The notes: a model not told the origin generated them from the letters alone. Counted from the first letter of the stretch, positions 39,538 to 53,194 are shown. The stretch is 64,000 nucleotides of DNA from an uncultured Actinomycetes bacterium (GCA_963767005.1 CAVYCN010000007.1:91121-155120); one strand, 5' to 3'. Program-made: numbers and translations.

Positions 39538-40581
39538 TCAGTTGCTCGCCGACGGTGAGGGCGAGGCGCTCGTCGAGGTGCTGGCCGACGCCGAGGGGCT
39601 CGGCGAGGCGGTGAGCATCTTGGGGTCGAAGCCGGCGGCGTAGTAGATCTTGGTCGCCTTCTGGGCCTTGGTCAGCCAGTCGGACCAGGCCTTCTGCTGC
39701 ATCTGGCTGGTGAGGGTCGACAGGATCGAGGACTTGGCCGAAGCGTAGGTCGACTTCTTGGCCGCCGTGATCTTGGTCACCTCGAGCACGTGCCAGCCGT
39801 ACTGCGAGTGGACCGGCTGCGAGACCGTGTTCAAGGCGATCGAGAAGGCGGCGTTCTCGAAGGGCTTGACCATCTCGCCCTTGTGGATGGCGCCGAGCGA
39901 GCCGCCCGAGCTCTTGGTGGCGGTGTCGATCGAGTACTTCTTGGCGACCTTGGCCCACTCGGCGTCTGAGTTGTTGGCCTTGAGCAGGGCGTAGACGGTC
40001 TCGGCCTGGGCCTTGGTCTTGACCAGGACGTGCCGCACGGTGCGCGTGGCGGGTGAGTCGAAGGAGCTCTTGTTGGCCTTGTAGTAGGCCTGCATCTGGG
40101 CTGTGGTGGGCTTGGCGTTGCCGATGATCTTCTGGTAGAGCTTCTGGCCGATCAGCGAGTCCTTGACGTAGGTCTTGAGCTGCGTCGGGTCCATGCCGGC
40201 CTTCTTGGCGGCCGCGTACATCTTCTGGGTGCCGCCGTACTGGGCGGCGATCGCGGCGAGCTGGCTCTGGACCTGCGCGTCGGTCACCTTGATGCCGTCC
40301 TTGGCGGCCGCGTTCAGCATGACCTGCTGCTCCACCAGGTAGTTGACGATCTCGGCGGCGTAGCGGTTGTAGGTCGTCGTGCCGGGGCTCGGGAACGGGG
40401 CCGTGGTGCTGGTGCTCGCCTTGGCCTGGTCGATGTACTGGTCGAACTGGGACCTGGCGATGGGCACACCACCGACCGTGGCGATGGCGCCCTGGGGCAC
40501 CTTGTTGCCGCAGCCGAAAAGCAGGGCGGCGGTGCCCAGCATGAGCGCAAACGCGAGCGCGATCAGGGCGGGCTTTCTCAT
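39538..40581 (-). CDS. prsA: PrsA-like parvulin peptidyl-prolyl isomerase lipoprotein
   Basis: Lipobox LFGC, SurA-like N domain, RHVLV, AKKYSID..GGSLG, MVKPFE, SQYGWHV. Confidence 0.88.
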   Translation of the reverse strand: MRKPALIALAFALMLGTAALLFGCGNKVPQGAIATVGGVPIARSQFDQYIDQAKASTSTTAPFPSPGTTTYNRYAAEIVNYLVEQQVMLNAAAKDGIKVTDAQVQSQLAAIAAQYGGTQKMYAAAKKAGMDPTQLKTYVKDSLIGQKLYQKIIGNAKPTTAQMQAYYKANKSSFDSPATRTVRHVLVKTKAQAETVYALLKANNSDAEWAKVAKKYSIDTATKSSGGSLGAIHKGEMVKPFENAAFSIALNTVSQPVHSQYGWHVLEVTKITAAKKSTYASAKSSILSTLTSQMQQKAWSDWLTKAQKATKIYYAAGFDPKMLTASPSPSASASTSTSASPSPSASN

Positions 40582-40609
40582 GAACGGCCTCTTTCGGGAG
40601 CTCTTCAGA

Positions 40610-44068
<3,459 letters not shown>

Positions 44069-44225
44069 GCCGAAAGCCCCGGCGCGCGGTGCGCCGGGGT
44101 CGACCGACAGTACGAGATCGATTCTACCCGACCACAGCGGTCTGCCGCGGCGCGGGGGCAGGCAGGGCGTACGGCCGAAGGCGAGAGCGGCAGGGGCCGC
44201 GCGCTTGCGGCCCCGCCGCGAAACG

Positions 44226-44837
44226 TCAGCTCGCGTTCACCTGGTTCATGGCCGTCTCGACCCCCTCGGCGACCCACAGCTCGACGGCATCGGCCGCGCG
44301 CCGCACGAGGTCGTCGACCTCGGCGCGCGGCTCGGCGAAGCGGCCGAGCACATAGTCGGCGACGATGTCGGGATCGGTGCTGGCCGGCCGTCCCACGCCC
44401 ATGCGCACGTGATCGAAGTCGCGGCCGACGAGCTCGAAGATGCTGCGGATGCCGTTGTGGCCGCCGTGGCCGCCGCCCTGGGTGAGGCGCAGCCGGCCGA
44501 AGGGCAGGTCGATGTGGTCGTGCACGACGAGCAACTCACTCTGGCCCAGGTGCAGGTCGCGCAGCGCGGCCGCCACGCTGCGACCCGACTCGTTCATGAA
44601 GGTCGTCGGGACGAGCAGGCCGGCGGCGCGGCCGGCGATGACGCCGGCCGCGTACCGGCCGCTGTAGCCGCGCTTGGCACGCGCGTAGCCGTGGCGCCGG
44701 GCAAGCTCGTCGATCACCAGGTAGCCGGCGTTGTGGCGCGTGCCGGCGTACTCGGCCCCGGGGTTGCCGAGGCCGGCGACGAGCAGCTCGACCGGCTGCC
44801 CGGCCTGCGAGCCGCGGCGAAGCTGGCGGCCGGCCGT
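44226..44837 (-). CDS. pth: Peptidyl-tRNA hydrolase; start apparently non-canonical (ACG 44837 or CTG 44786)
   Basis: LLVAGLGNPGAEYAGTRHNAG, PTTFMNESG, GGHGGHNGIRSI, DYVL. No ATG/GTG/TTG lies between the upstream in-frame TAG and the conserved N-terminal motif. Confidence 0.9.
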   Translation of the reverse strand, partial: TAGRQLRRGSQAGQPVELLVAGLGNPGAEYAGTRHNAGYLVIDELARRHGYARAKRGYSGRYAAGVIAGRAAGLLVPTTFMNESGRSVAAALRDLHLGQSELLVVHDHIDLPFGRLRLTQGGGHGGHNGIRSIFELVGRDFDHVRMGVGRPASTDPDIVADYVLGRFAEPRAEVDDLVRRAADAVELWVAEGVETAMNQVNAS

Positions 44838-44885
44838 GACGACCTACTCCCCGGACCCGCGCGTCGAGCGGCCGGCCGTGGGCGC

Positions 44886-45542
44886 CTACTCCTCGGCCGA
44901 GGCCTCGTGCTCGCCGACCACCTCGGGCTCGCCCGCTGCCGGCGCCGCCTCGCCCTCTTCGCCCGCCTCGACTTCGGCGACCCGGGGAGCCAGCACGGAG
45001 CAGACGACCTCGTCGGGGTCGTCGAGGATGGTGACGGTGTCGGGCACGCGCAGGTCGGACACGCGCGCCACGGCACCCACGTCGAGACCCTCGACGTCGA
45101 GGTCGATGTGCTCGGGGATGTCGGTCGGCAGGGCGCTCACCGTGACCTCGCGCGTGACGACGTCGAGCAGGCCACCGCCCATCTTGACGCCCACCGGCGT
45201 GCCCTCGAGGGTGATCGTCACGTTCGACTCGATCCGCTCGGTGAGCTTGATCTCCTGGAAGTCGACGTGGGTCACGACGTGCTTGACCTTGTCGAGCTCG
45301 TACTCCTTGACGATCGCCACGTGCGCCTGCTTGTGCCCCTCGATCACGACGTCGAGCACGGCATGCAGGCCGGCCCCGGTGGTGACCGCGGCGCGCAGCG
45401 CGTGCTCTTCGACCGCGATGCTCACCGCCGGCTGGCCGGCGCCGTAGAGGACGGCGGGGATGAGGCCGCCGCGGCGCAGACGGCGTGCCTCGCGGCTGCC
45501 GTCGGCATCGCGCGGCTGAACGACGAGTTTGACTCGATCCAT
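44886..45542 (-). CDS. rplY: 50S ribosomal protein bL25 / Ctc
   Basis: ARRLRRGGLIPAVLYG, HVDF, GVKMGG, LPTDIPEHI. Confidence 0.95.
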   Translation of the reverse strand: MDRVKLVVQPRDADGSREARRLRRGGLIPAVLYGAGQPAVSIAVEEHALRAAVTTGAGLHAVLDVVIEGHKQAHVAIVKEYELDKVKHVVTHVDFQEIKLTERIESNVTITLEGTPVGVKMGGGLLDVVTREVTVSALPTDIPEHIDLDVEGLDVGAVARVSDLRVPDTVTILDDPDEVVCSVLAPRVAEVEAGEEGEAAPAAGEPEVVGEHEASAEE

Positions 45543-45557
45543 GGTGTCTGACTCCTG

Positions 45558-46553
45558 CTAGAAGAGAGCGTTCTCGCCGGCGAACAGCTCGCTGACCGAT
45601 TCGCCTTCGAACACGCGCTTGATGGTGTCGGCGAGGATACCCGCCACGGAAAGGACCTTGATCTTGGTGTCGGTCACGTTGAGCACGACTGGCACGGTGT
45701 CGGTCACGACGATCTCCTTGACCGGCGAGGCCGCGATGCGCTCACGCGCGGGGCCCGAGAAGACGCCGTGCGTGGCGGCCACGTAGACCTCGCTCGCACC
45801 GTGCTCGTAGAGGGTGTCGATCGCGTTCACGACGGAGCCCGCCGTGTCGATGATGTCGTCGACCACGATGGCGATCTTGCCGTCGACGTCGCCGATGAAG
45901 TGCATGGTCTCGGCCACGTTGTGGGCGGGCCGCATCTTGGTGAGCACCGCGAGGTCGGCGTCGAGCCGGTTGGCGAAGCGCTTGGCGAGCTTGACGCCGC
46001 CGGCGTCGGCCGACACCGCGACGATCTCGGTGTCACCGAGGCCGCGGTAGCGGAAGTAGTCGGCCAGCATGGGCACGGCCGTCATGTGGTCGACGGGGAT
46101 CTCGAAGAAGCCCTGGATCTGGCCCTGGTGCAGGTCCATCGACAGGACGCGGTCGGCGCCGGCCGCCTCGAGCAGCGTGGCGATCAGGCGGGCGGCGATC
46201 GGCTCGCGGGCGGCGCTCTTTTTGTCCTGGCGCGAGTAGGGGTAGTAGGGCAGGACGGCCGTCACGCGGTGCGCCGAGGCGAGCTTGGCCGCCTGGATCA
46301 TGATGAGCAGCTCCATGACGTGCTGGTTGAGCTTGCCGTGGGGCGACTGCACCAGGAACACGTCGGCGTCGCGGATGCTCTCCTCGTAGCGCGTGTAGAT
46401 CTCGCCGTTGGCGAAGGTCTTGAGCAGCACGGGGCCGAGCGAGATGCCGAGGTGGGCGGCGATCGCCTCGCCGAGCTGCATGTTGCTGCGCCCGGCGAAG
46501 ACCATGAGCCTGCGCTGGGTCGTGCCCACGACATGACACATCTTGTCGCTCAC
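45558..46553 (-). CDS. prs: Ribose-phosphate pyrophosphokinase
   Basis: FANGE, PYYPYSRQDKK, DLHQGQIQGFF, VDDIIDTAG, THGVFSG. Confidence 0.97.
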   Translation of the reverse strand: MSDKMCHVVGTTQRRLMVFAGRSNMQLGEAIAAHLGISLGPVLLKTFANGEIYTRYEESIRDADVFLVQSPHGKLNQHVMELLIMIQAAKLASAHRVTAVLPYYPYSRQDKKSAAREPIAARLIATLLEAAGADRVLSMDLHQGQIQGFFEIPVDHMTAVPMLADYFRYRGLGDTEIVAVSADAGGVKLAKRFANRLDADLAVLTKMRPAHNVAETMHFIGDVDGKIAIVVDDIIDTAGSVVNAIDTLYEHGASEVYVAATHGVFSGPARERIAASPVKEIVVTDTVPVVLNVTDTKIKVLSVAGILADTIKRVFEGESVSELFAGENALF

Positions 46554-46688
46554 GCCGTTCCCTTCGTCACGATGGGAGTCGAGGTCTCGATTCTACCAGA
46601 GCGACCGCGGCCTCCGCGCCCGTGCCGCCGCCGATGGCGGCCGGGCGGGGCGCTCGCCGCGGCGCCGGCGCGCTCGCCGCCACCGGCG

Positions 46689-48137
46689 CTACTCCTCGGT
46701 GCGCCGGCGCCGCGAGCGGCGCCGCTCGGCGTAGCCCTCGACGTTCTCCTGCTTGCCCCGTTCGACCCCGAGGGCGCCGGCGGGGATGTCCCGGGTGATG
46801 GTCGAGCCGGCGCCGGTGTAGGCGCCGTCGCCCACGGTGACCGGCGCCACCAGGACGGTGTCGCTACCCACCCTGACGTCGCTGCCGATGACCGTCGGGT
46901 ACTTGCGCTCGCCGTCGTAGTTGGCCGTGATCGTGCCGGCCCCGATATTCGTGTTCTCGCCGATCGCCGTGTCGCCGACATAGCTCAGGTGCGGCACCTT
47001 GCTGCCCGGCCCCACGCGGCTGGCCTTGATCTCGACAAAGCTGCCGGCCTTGGCCCGCTCGGCGAGCACGGTGCCGGGGCGCACGTGGGCGAACGGCCCC
47101 ACGGTGGCGCCGGGGCCGACGTGGCAGTCCACCAGGTGCGACGAGACCACGCTCGCGCCGTCGTCGACGACCACGTCGGTCAGGAAGCAGCCCGGGCCGA
47201 CGGTGCAGCCGGCGCCGACGACGGTGGCGCCAGCCAGGATGGTCTGCGGCCGCAGCACAGTGTCGGGACCGACCCGCACGCCCCAGTCGACGTAGGTCGA
47301 GGCCGGATCGTCGATCGTCACGCCGTCGAGCATGAGGCGCTCGACGATGCGGCGCCGCATGATGGCCGAGACGTCGGCGAGCTCGACCCGCGAGTTCACG
47401 CCCATGCTGGCTTCGACGTCGGCCGTGAGGAACGCCGCGACGCGGTCGCCGGCCCGCAGGAAGCGATCGACGAGCTCGGTCAGGTAGTACTCGCCCTGCG
47501 CGTTGTCGGCGGTGAGCGTGGGCAGGAACCGGCGCAGCTCGGCCGCGTCGAACACGTAGAAGCCGACGTTGATCTCACGCACCGCGAGCTCCTCGGGCGA
47601 GGCGTCGCGGGCCTCGACGATGCTGGTCACGTTGCCGCCGGCGTCACGTAACACGCGGCCGTAGTGGATCGGGTCGGCGAGCACTACAGTGGTCACCGTG
47701 GCGCGTGCCGTGCAGTCGACGTGGTGGCGGCGCAGGCCGGCGAGCAGCTCGGCGCCGACCAGCGGCACGTCGCCGTTCAGCACCATGACGTCGCCCTCGA
47801 AGTCGGCGAGCGGCGCCATGCCGGCGCGCACGGCGTCGCCGCTGCCCAGGCGCTCGGCCTGCACGGCGCGCTCGGCGCCGGGCGGCAGGATGGCGTCGAC
47901 CTCGTCGTGATCGGCGCCGGTCACGGCGACGAGCCGCGCCGGCGCGAGGGCGGCGGCGGCGTCGATGACGTAGGCCAGCAGCGGCCGGCCGCACACCGGG
48001 TGCAGCACTTTGGGCCTCGCCGACTTCATGCGCGTGCCCCGGCCCGCGGCCAGGATGATCACGGCCAGGGGCCGGCTCGCGCGCGACGACGAGCCCGGCT
48101 GCGCGGCGCTCGGCTGAGTCGGCTGATCGGCGGTCAT
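46689..48137 (-). CDS. glmU: Bifunctional UDP-GlcNAc pyrophosphorylase / GlcN-1-P acetyltransferase
   Basis: LAAGRGTRMKS..PKVLH, NAQGEYYLT, GPFAHVRP, HLSYVGD, NIGAGTITANYDG. Confidence 0.96.
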   Translation of the reverse strand: MTADQPTQPSAAQPGSSSRASRPLAVIILAAGRGTRMKSARPKVLHPVCGRPLLAYVIDAAAALAPARLVAVTGADHDEVDAILPPGAERAVQAERLGSGDAVRAGMAPLADFEGDVMVLNGDVPLVGAELLAGLRRHHVDCTARATVTTVVLADPIHYGRVLRDAGGNVTSIVEARDASPEELAVREINVGFYVFDAAELRRFLPTLTADNAQGEYYLTELVDRFLRAGDRVAAFLTADVEASMGVNSRVELADVSAIMRRRIVERLMLDGVTIDDPASTYVDWGVRVGPDTVLRPQTILAGATVVGAGCTVGPGCFLTDVVVDDGASVVSSHLVDCHVGPGATVGPFAHVRPGTVLAERAKAGSFVEIKASRVGPGSKVPHLSYVGDTAIGENTNIGAGTITANYDGERKYPTVIGSDVRVGSDTVLVAPVTVGDGAYTGAGSTITRDIPAGALGVERGKQENVEGYAERRRSRRRRTEE

Positions 48138-48207
48138 GACGCGTGCGCTCCTCTGGTCGGCCGGGTCCGATCGGGCGCCGGGCCCGCGCGCCGCAGCACT
48201 GCGGACC

Positions 48208-48281
48208 TGGCTGGGGCGGGAGGATTCGAACCTCCGGTCACGGGACCAAAACCCGTTGCCTTGCCACTTGGCCACGCCCCA
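48208..48281 (-). tRNA. tRNA-Gln(UUG)
   Basis: TGGGGCG acceptor, anticodon loop TT-TTG-GT, GTTCGAATC, CCA end; usual position before glmU. Confidence 0.95.
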
Positions 48282-48322
48282 GCGGCACGACGTCGCGAGG
48301 CGCCTGCCCCCCGGGCAGTCTA

Positions 48323-49324
48323 TCACCTGGCTTGTCGCCGCCCGGCCCCCGGCGGGCGCGCCGCCGGCGGCAGCCCGGGCTGCAGGTCGGTGACGTACAG
48401 GGCCGGCGTCGGGGCAAGCGCGGCGAGCGCGCGCTGCGCGCTCGCCGCGCTTGCGAACAGGCCGAACACGCTCGAGCCGCTGCCGCTCATGGCGGCCGCG
48501 AAGGCGCCGGCGCGACGCAGCCGCTCCGTGAACTGGCCGATCGCCGGGTGCCGCTCGACGACCGGTCCCTCGAGGTCGTTGGCGACGACCGCGACGAGGT
48601 CACGCGGGCGGCGCGCCGCCGTGAGAGCCGCGTACAGAGTCTGCGTGCGCTCCACGAAGGCGCGGCGCTCGGCCTCGGGCGTGGGCGGCGCCGACGGGCG
48701 CTCGCCGAACCAGCGGTACGCGTCGGCCGTCGCGACCGCGAGGCCCGGCAGGGCGAGGACGATGTGCAGCGGGCCCGGCAGGGCGATCTCCTTGAGCACG
48801 GTGCCGCGGCCCATGGCGAGCTGCGGTCCCGGCCACAGAAAGAACGGCACGTCCGAGCCCACGGCGCCGGCGACCTCGTACAGCAGGCTCACCGGCAGCT
48901 CGAGCCCGAAGAGGCGCTCGACGGCGACGATCGCCGCGACGGCGTCCGAGCTGCCGCCACCCAGGCCGGCGGCGGCCGGCACGCGTTTGGTGATCGTCAG
49001 GCGCACGTCGAAACGACGATCGAGGCGCCGTTCGAGCTCGTGCACGGCCCGCGCCACCAGGTTGTCCTCGCCGGGGGCCACCTCGCACTCGACGGCGAGG
49101 CCGGCGCCGTCCGGCGCCGGCCGCGCCGTCACCAGGTCGGCCAGCGTCACCGGCAGCATGGGCGAGGAGATCTCGCGGTAGCCGTCGGAGCGCCGCGGGC
49201 CGACGAGCAGGGCCAGATTGATCTTGGCCGGCGCCGCGACCTCGACGCGCGCGTCGGGCGCGGGCGGCGTGCCGGCGCCGGCAGCCACCCCGTCCTCGCC
49301 GCCGACGGCGTCGCCCGGGCTCAC
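48323..49324 (-). CDS. ispE: 4-diphosphocytidyl-2-C-methyl-D-erythritol kinase
   Basis: APAKINLAL, KRVPAAAGLGGGSSDA, GSDVPFF, NDLE, MSGSGSSVFG. Confidence 0.95.
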   Translation of the reverse strand: MSPGDAVGGEDGVAAGAGTPPAPDARVEVAAPAKINLALLVGPRRSDGYREISSPMLPVTLADLVTARPAPDGAGLAVECEVAPGEDNLVARAVHELERRLDRRFDVRLTITKRVPAAAGLGGGSSDAVAAIVAVERLFGLELPVSLLYEVAGAVGSDVPFFLWPGPQLAMGRGTVLKEIALPGPLHIVLALPGLAVATADAYRWFGERPSAPPTPEAERRAFVERTQTLYAALTAARRPRDLVAVVANDLEGPVVERHPAIGQFTERLRRAGAFAAAMSGSGSSVFGLFASAASAQRALAALAPTPALYVTDLQPGLPPAARPPGAGRRQAR

Positions 49325-50148
49325 GTCGCCTCCCGCCAGCCAAGCGCGCCGGCGAGCGCCACGAAGGTCGCCGGGGCGAGCTCCTCGGGGCGCGTGGTGG
49401 CCGGCAGGTCCAGCGCGACGAGCGCCTGCTCGATGGCCGTCCGCGTCGCCGGCGCGCCGCCCGGCGGCGCCGCGCCGGCCAGCGAGTTCACGAGCTGCTT
49501 GCGGCGCTGCCTGAAGGCGGTGCGCACGAGCGCATCGAGGACGGCGGCCTCGGGCGCGGGACGCGCGGCGGCGCGCGTGAAGACGACGAAGGCCGAGTCG
49601 ACCCGGGGCCGCGGCGAGAACACCGTGCGCGGCACCGGACGCTGCGCCTCGAGCACGCACGAGAGCTGCGTGATGACCGAGACCGCCGAGTAGGCCTTGG
49701 TGCGCGGCGCGGCGAAGAGCCGCTCGGCGAGCTCGCGCTGCAGCATGACCGCCCAGCGCCGCAGGCCGGGCAGCCCCGCGATCGTGCGCATGAGCAGCGG
49801 GATGGCGATGTTGTAGGCGAGGTTGGCGACCAGGGCGGTCGGCGGCGGCTCGAGCTCGGCCAGCGGCGAGCGCAGGGCGTCCGTCAGATGGACACGCAGG
49901 TCGTCGCGGCTGGCGGCGAGCTCGGTGAGCCGATCGGCGAAGCGCCGGTCGATCTCGAAGGCGTGCACCAGGCGCGCCTGCTCGACCAGGAGCCGCGTGA
50001 ACAGGCCGTCGCCAGCGCCGACCTCGAGCACGACGTCGTCGGTGCTCACCCGGGCCATGCTCAGGATGGCCTGCAGGGTGCCCTGGTCGACGAGATGGTG
50101 CTGCCCGTAACGACGCCGCGCCGGCGGCCGGTCGTGCGGCACGCTCAC
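49321..50148 (-). CDS. rsmA: 16S rRNA m6,2A dimethyltransferase
   Basis: YGQHHL, LEVGAGDG, EID, VANLAYNI, FSPRPRVDS, FRQRRKQL. Confidence 0.93.
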   Translation of the reverse strand: MSVPHDRPPARRRYGQHHLVDQGTLQAILSMARVSTDDVVLEVGAGDGLFTRLLVEQARLVHAFEIDRRFADRLTELAASRDDLRVHLTDALRSPLAELEPPPTALVANLAYNIAIPLLMRTIAGLPGLRRWAVMLQRELAERLFAAPRTKAYSAVSVITQLSCVLEAQRPVPRTVFSPRPRVDSAFVVFTRAAARPAPEAAVLDALVRTAFRQRRKQLVNSLAGAAPPGGAPATRTAIEQALVALDLPATTRPEELAPATFVALAGALGWREAT

Positions 50149-50924
50149 GAGGCCGGCGTCGAAGGGCCGTCGAGCGCGAGCGCGCGACGCGCGTTCGCGC
50201 TCGTCACGGTCGCGACCTCGTCGTCGGTCCAGCCCCGCAGGCGGGCGAGGAACTGGGCGGTCAGGCTGACGTAGGCCGGCCGGTTGGACCGGCCGCGGCG
50301 CGGCAGCGGCGAGAGGAACGGGGCGTCGGTCTCGACGAGCAGCAGGTCGTCGCGCACGGCGCGGGCGGCGCGCTGCAGGTCTTCGGAGCCCTTGTAGGTG
50401 AGGTTGCCGGCGAAGGAGACGTAGTAGCCGCGCTCGTTGCAGAGATCGACGTACTCGGGCATCGAGAAGCAGTGCAGCACGACGGTGAGGCCGGCCCCGT
50501 GCTCGGTGAGCAGGGCGAAGACCTCGCCGCCGGCGTCGCGGCTGTGCACGCAGACCGGCTTGCCCGTGGCCCGCGCCAGGTCGAGCTGCTCGACGAAGGC
50601 GGCGCGCTGCACGTCGCGGGGCGCGAGGTCGCGGTAGAAGTCGAGGCCGCACTCGCCGACCGCCACCACGCGGGGCTGGGCGAGCAGCCGCTCCAGGCCG
50701 GTGCGCACGACGCCGTCGAAGCCCACGGCGTCGTGCGGGTGCACGCCGACGGCGGCGTAGACGCCCTTGTGGCCCGCAGCGAGGCCGGCCGCGACGCGCG
50801 AAGAGCGCAGGTCGATGCCGATCGCGACCACCGCCTCGACGCCGGCCGCGCCCGCCTCGGCGAGCGCCTCGTCGGGCGTGCCCTTGAGCATGTCCAGGTG
50901 GCAGTGGGTGTCGATCAGGCCCAT
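50145..50924 (-). CDS. tatD: TatD-family hydrolase
   Basis: DTHCHL, GVHPH, GECGLDF, HSRDA, HCFS, ETDAPFL. Confidence 0.93.
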   Translation of the reverse strand: MGLIDTHCHLDMLKGTPDEALAEAGAAGVEAVVAIGIDLRSSRVAAGLAAGHKGVYAAVGVHPHDAVGFDGVVRTGLERLLAQPRVVAVGECGLDFYRDLAPRDVQRAAFVEQLDLARATGKPVCVHSRDAGGEVFALLTEHGAGLTVVLHCFSMPEYVDLCNERGYYVSFAGNLTYKGSEDLQRAARAVRDDLLLVETDAPFLSPLPRRGRSNRPAYVSLTAQFLARLRGWTDDEVATVTSANARRALALDGPSTPAS

Positions 50925-50943
50925 GCCGGCACCACGGCTCCCC

Positions 50944-52470
50944 CTACGCCTCGACCTCGATGCGCGGGAACAGCGGCGGCGCCGCGACGACGTCGGCCGC
51001 CGCCAGAGCGTCCCAGCGGGCGTGCTCGAGCAGCAGGTCGACCGCCTCGTGACTCTGACCCAGACGGCGCAGGATCTCGACGGCGGTGTCGGGGATCACC
51101 GGATACAGCGTGAGGGCCACGAGGCGCAGGCCGGCCGCCAGGCCGTACAGGACGGCGTCGAGGCGGCCCGCCAGGCCCTCGTCCTTGGCGAGCTTCCAGG
51201 GCGCCTGCTCCTCGACGTAGCGGTTCAGCCGGCGCACGAACTCCCAGACGGTCTCGAGAGCCACCGTGATCTCGAGCCCGGTGAGCTGCGCGCTCGCCGC
51301 CGCCACCATCGCCTCGCCCTCGCGGGCCAGACCGGTGTCGGCCTCGGCCGGATCCTTCGGCAGGTGGCCGCCGCGGTACTTGCCGACCATCGACACGACC
51401 CGGCTCACCAGGTTGCCGAGCTCGTTGGCGAGCTCGTTGTTGTAGCGCTGCTCGAAACCCTCGAGCGAGATCACGCCGTCCTGACCGAAGGTCACCTCGC
51501 GGAACAGGTAGAAGCGCAGGGCGTCGAGGCCGCGCTGCTCGATCACGGCGAACGGGTCGAGCACGTTGCCGCGCGTCTTGCTCATCTTCTCGCCGCCCAT
51601 CAGCAGGTAGCCGTGGATGAACTCGCCGCGCGGCGCCTCGTAGCCGGCGCTCCAGAGCAGGGCCGGCCAGATGACGGCGTGGAACTTGAGGATGTCCTTG
51701 GCCAGGAAGTGCACGTCGGCCGGCCAGTAGCGCTGCTCGAGGTCGTCGCCGGGGCGCGCGTAGGTGAGCGCCGAGACGTAGTTGATAAGGGCGTCGACCC
51801 AGACGTAGATGACCTGCTCCGGGTCCCACGGCACCGGTATGCCCCAGGTGATCGACTGGCGGCTGATCGAGATGTCCTCGAGGCCCTGCTCGATGAACGA
51901 CAGGGCCTCGTTGTAGCGCGAGCGCGGCCGCACCCAGTCGGGGTGCGCGCGGTAGAACTCGGCGAGCCGCTCCTGATACTTCGAGAGCAGGAAGTAGTAG
52001 TTCTCCTCCTCGAGCCAGACCGGCGCGGTGTGGTGGATCGGACACAGGCCGGAGAGGAGGTCGCGTTCGTAGTAGAAGCCCTCGCAGGCCGTGCAGTACA
52101 GGCCGCCGTAGGTGCGTTTCTCGATGTCGCCGGCGGCCCGCAGCTTCTCGACGAAGCGCTGCACGTAGGCCTCGTGCTCGGCGTCGGTGGTGCGGATGAA
52201 GAAGTCGTTGCTCGCGCCGACCTTGGCCGTCATCTCGCGAAAGCGCGGCGCGAGGCGGTCGACGTGCTCGCGCGGCGTGAGGCCGCGCTCCTCGGCGGCC
52301 TGAGCCACCTTGTTGCCGTGCTCGTCGGTGCCGGTCAGAAAGAAGACCTCGTCGCCCAGACGGCGGTGGTGGCGGGCGACGATGTCGGCGGCGATGGTCG
52401 TGTACGCGTGGCCCAGATGCGGGTCGGCGTTCACGTAGTAGATCGGCGTCGTGATCGAGAAGCGACTCAC
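50944..52470 (-). CDS. metG: Methionine-tRNA ligase (short form)
   Basis: TTPIYYVN..HLGHAY, TGTDEHG, YVWVDAL, KMSKT. Confidence 0.97.
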   Translation of the reverse strand: MSRFSITTPIYYVNADPHLGHAYTTIAADIVARHHRRLGDEVFFLTGTDEHGNKVAQAAEERGLTPREHVDRLAPRFREMTAKVGASNDFFIRTTDAEHEAYVQRFVEKLRAAGDIEKRTYGGLYCTACEGFYYERDLLSGLCPIHHTAPVWLEEENYYFLLSKYQERLAEFYRAHPDWVRPRSRYNEALSFIEQGLEDISISRQSITWGIPVPWDPEQVIYVWVDALINYVSALTYARPGDDLEQRYWPADVHFLAKDILKFHAVIWPALLWSAGYEAPRGEFIHGYLLMGGEKMSKTRGNVLDPFAVIEQRGLDALRFYLFREVTFGQDGVISLEGFEQRYNNELANELGNLVSRVVSMVGKYRGGHLPKDPAEADTGLAREGEAMVAAASAQLTGLEITVALETVWEFVRRLNRYVEEQAPWKLAKDEGLAGRLDAVLYGLAAGLRLVALTLYPVIPDTAVEILRRLGQSHEAVDLLLEHARWDALAAADVVAAPPLFPRIEVEA

Positions 52471-53129
52471 GCGTCGGCTCCCGCGTGCGAGCCTTCGGCG
52501 TCGGCTCGCGTGACCGTCCCGGCAGGCGGCTCGGGACCCTCGTCCTCAGACTCGTCGGCCTCGACCGGCGCGTCGCCGACCGTGAAGCCGTAGCTGCCCA
52601 CCTTGTGGCCCAGTGTCCAGTACTCGCCGTGGACGTAGGCGAGCGGGTCGACGTTGCCCACCTGCAGGCGGCCGTGGTCGTCCAGGACCTCCTCGTCGTA
52701 GTGCACGGCGACGATCTCGCCGATGAAGAGGTCGTGGGCGCCGAGGCTCAGGCGGTGGCGCGTGACACACTCGATGTTGATCGGGCACTCGGCGATCATG
52801 GGGGCGCGCACGCGGGTGGCCGCGACGGGGTGAAAGCCGCAGGCGGCGAACTTGTCGGTGTCGCGACCCGAGGTGTTGCCGCACAGGTCGACCTGGCGCG
52901 CCTGTGCCGCGCGCGGCACGTTCACGACGAACTCGTGGCTGCGCTGCAGCAGGCGGTAGGAGTGGCGCGACGGGCGTACAGAGACGCTCAGCATGGGCGG
53001 TGCGGAGCAGACCGTGCCCGCCCAGGCGAGCGTGACGATGTCGGGCCGGCCACCGTCGTCGCCAGCCACGCTGACGAGGACGAGCGGCACGGGCAGCAGC
53101 ACGTTCGTCGGTCTGCGCTGGATCTTCAT
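52467..53129 (-). CDS. Flavin reductase-like (flavoredoxin) protein
   Basis: PVPLVLVS, AWAG, EFVVNVP, SGRDTDKF, ECPINIEC, HDLFIGEI. Confidence 0.9.
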   Translation of the reverse strand: MKIQRRPTNVLLPVPLVLVSVAGDDGGRPDIVTLAWAGTVCSAPPMLSVSVRPSRHSYRLLQRSHEFVVNVPRAAQARQVDLCGNTSGRDTDKFAACGFHPVAATRVRAPMIAECPINIECVTRHRLSLGAHDLFIGEIVAVHYDEEVLDDHGRLQVGNVDPLAYVHGEYWTLGHKVGSYGFTVGDAPVEADESEDEGPEPPAGTVTRADAEGSHAGADA

Positions 53130-53194
53130 CGATCTCCTTTTGCCGCGCCTTGCGCGGGCTATCCTACATCACGGCCCGGCGCCCTCCGGCGATT

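Noticed and set aside
46215-46226. C_AAA_AAG shift-prone site in prs
   Set aside because: It encodes the conserved QDKK motif, and I saw no useful alternative product.
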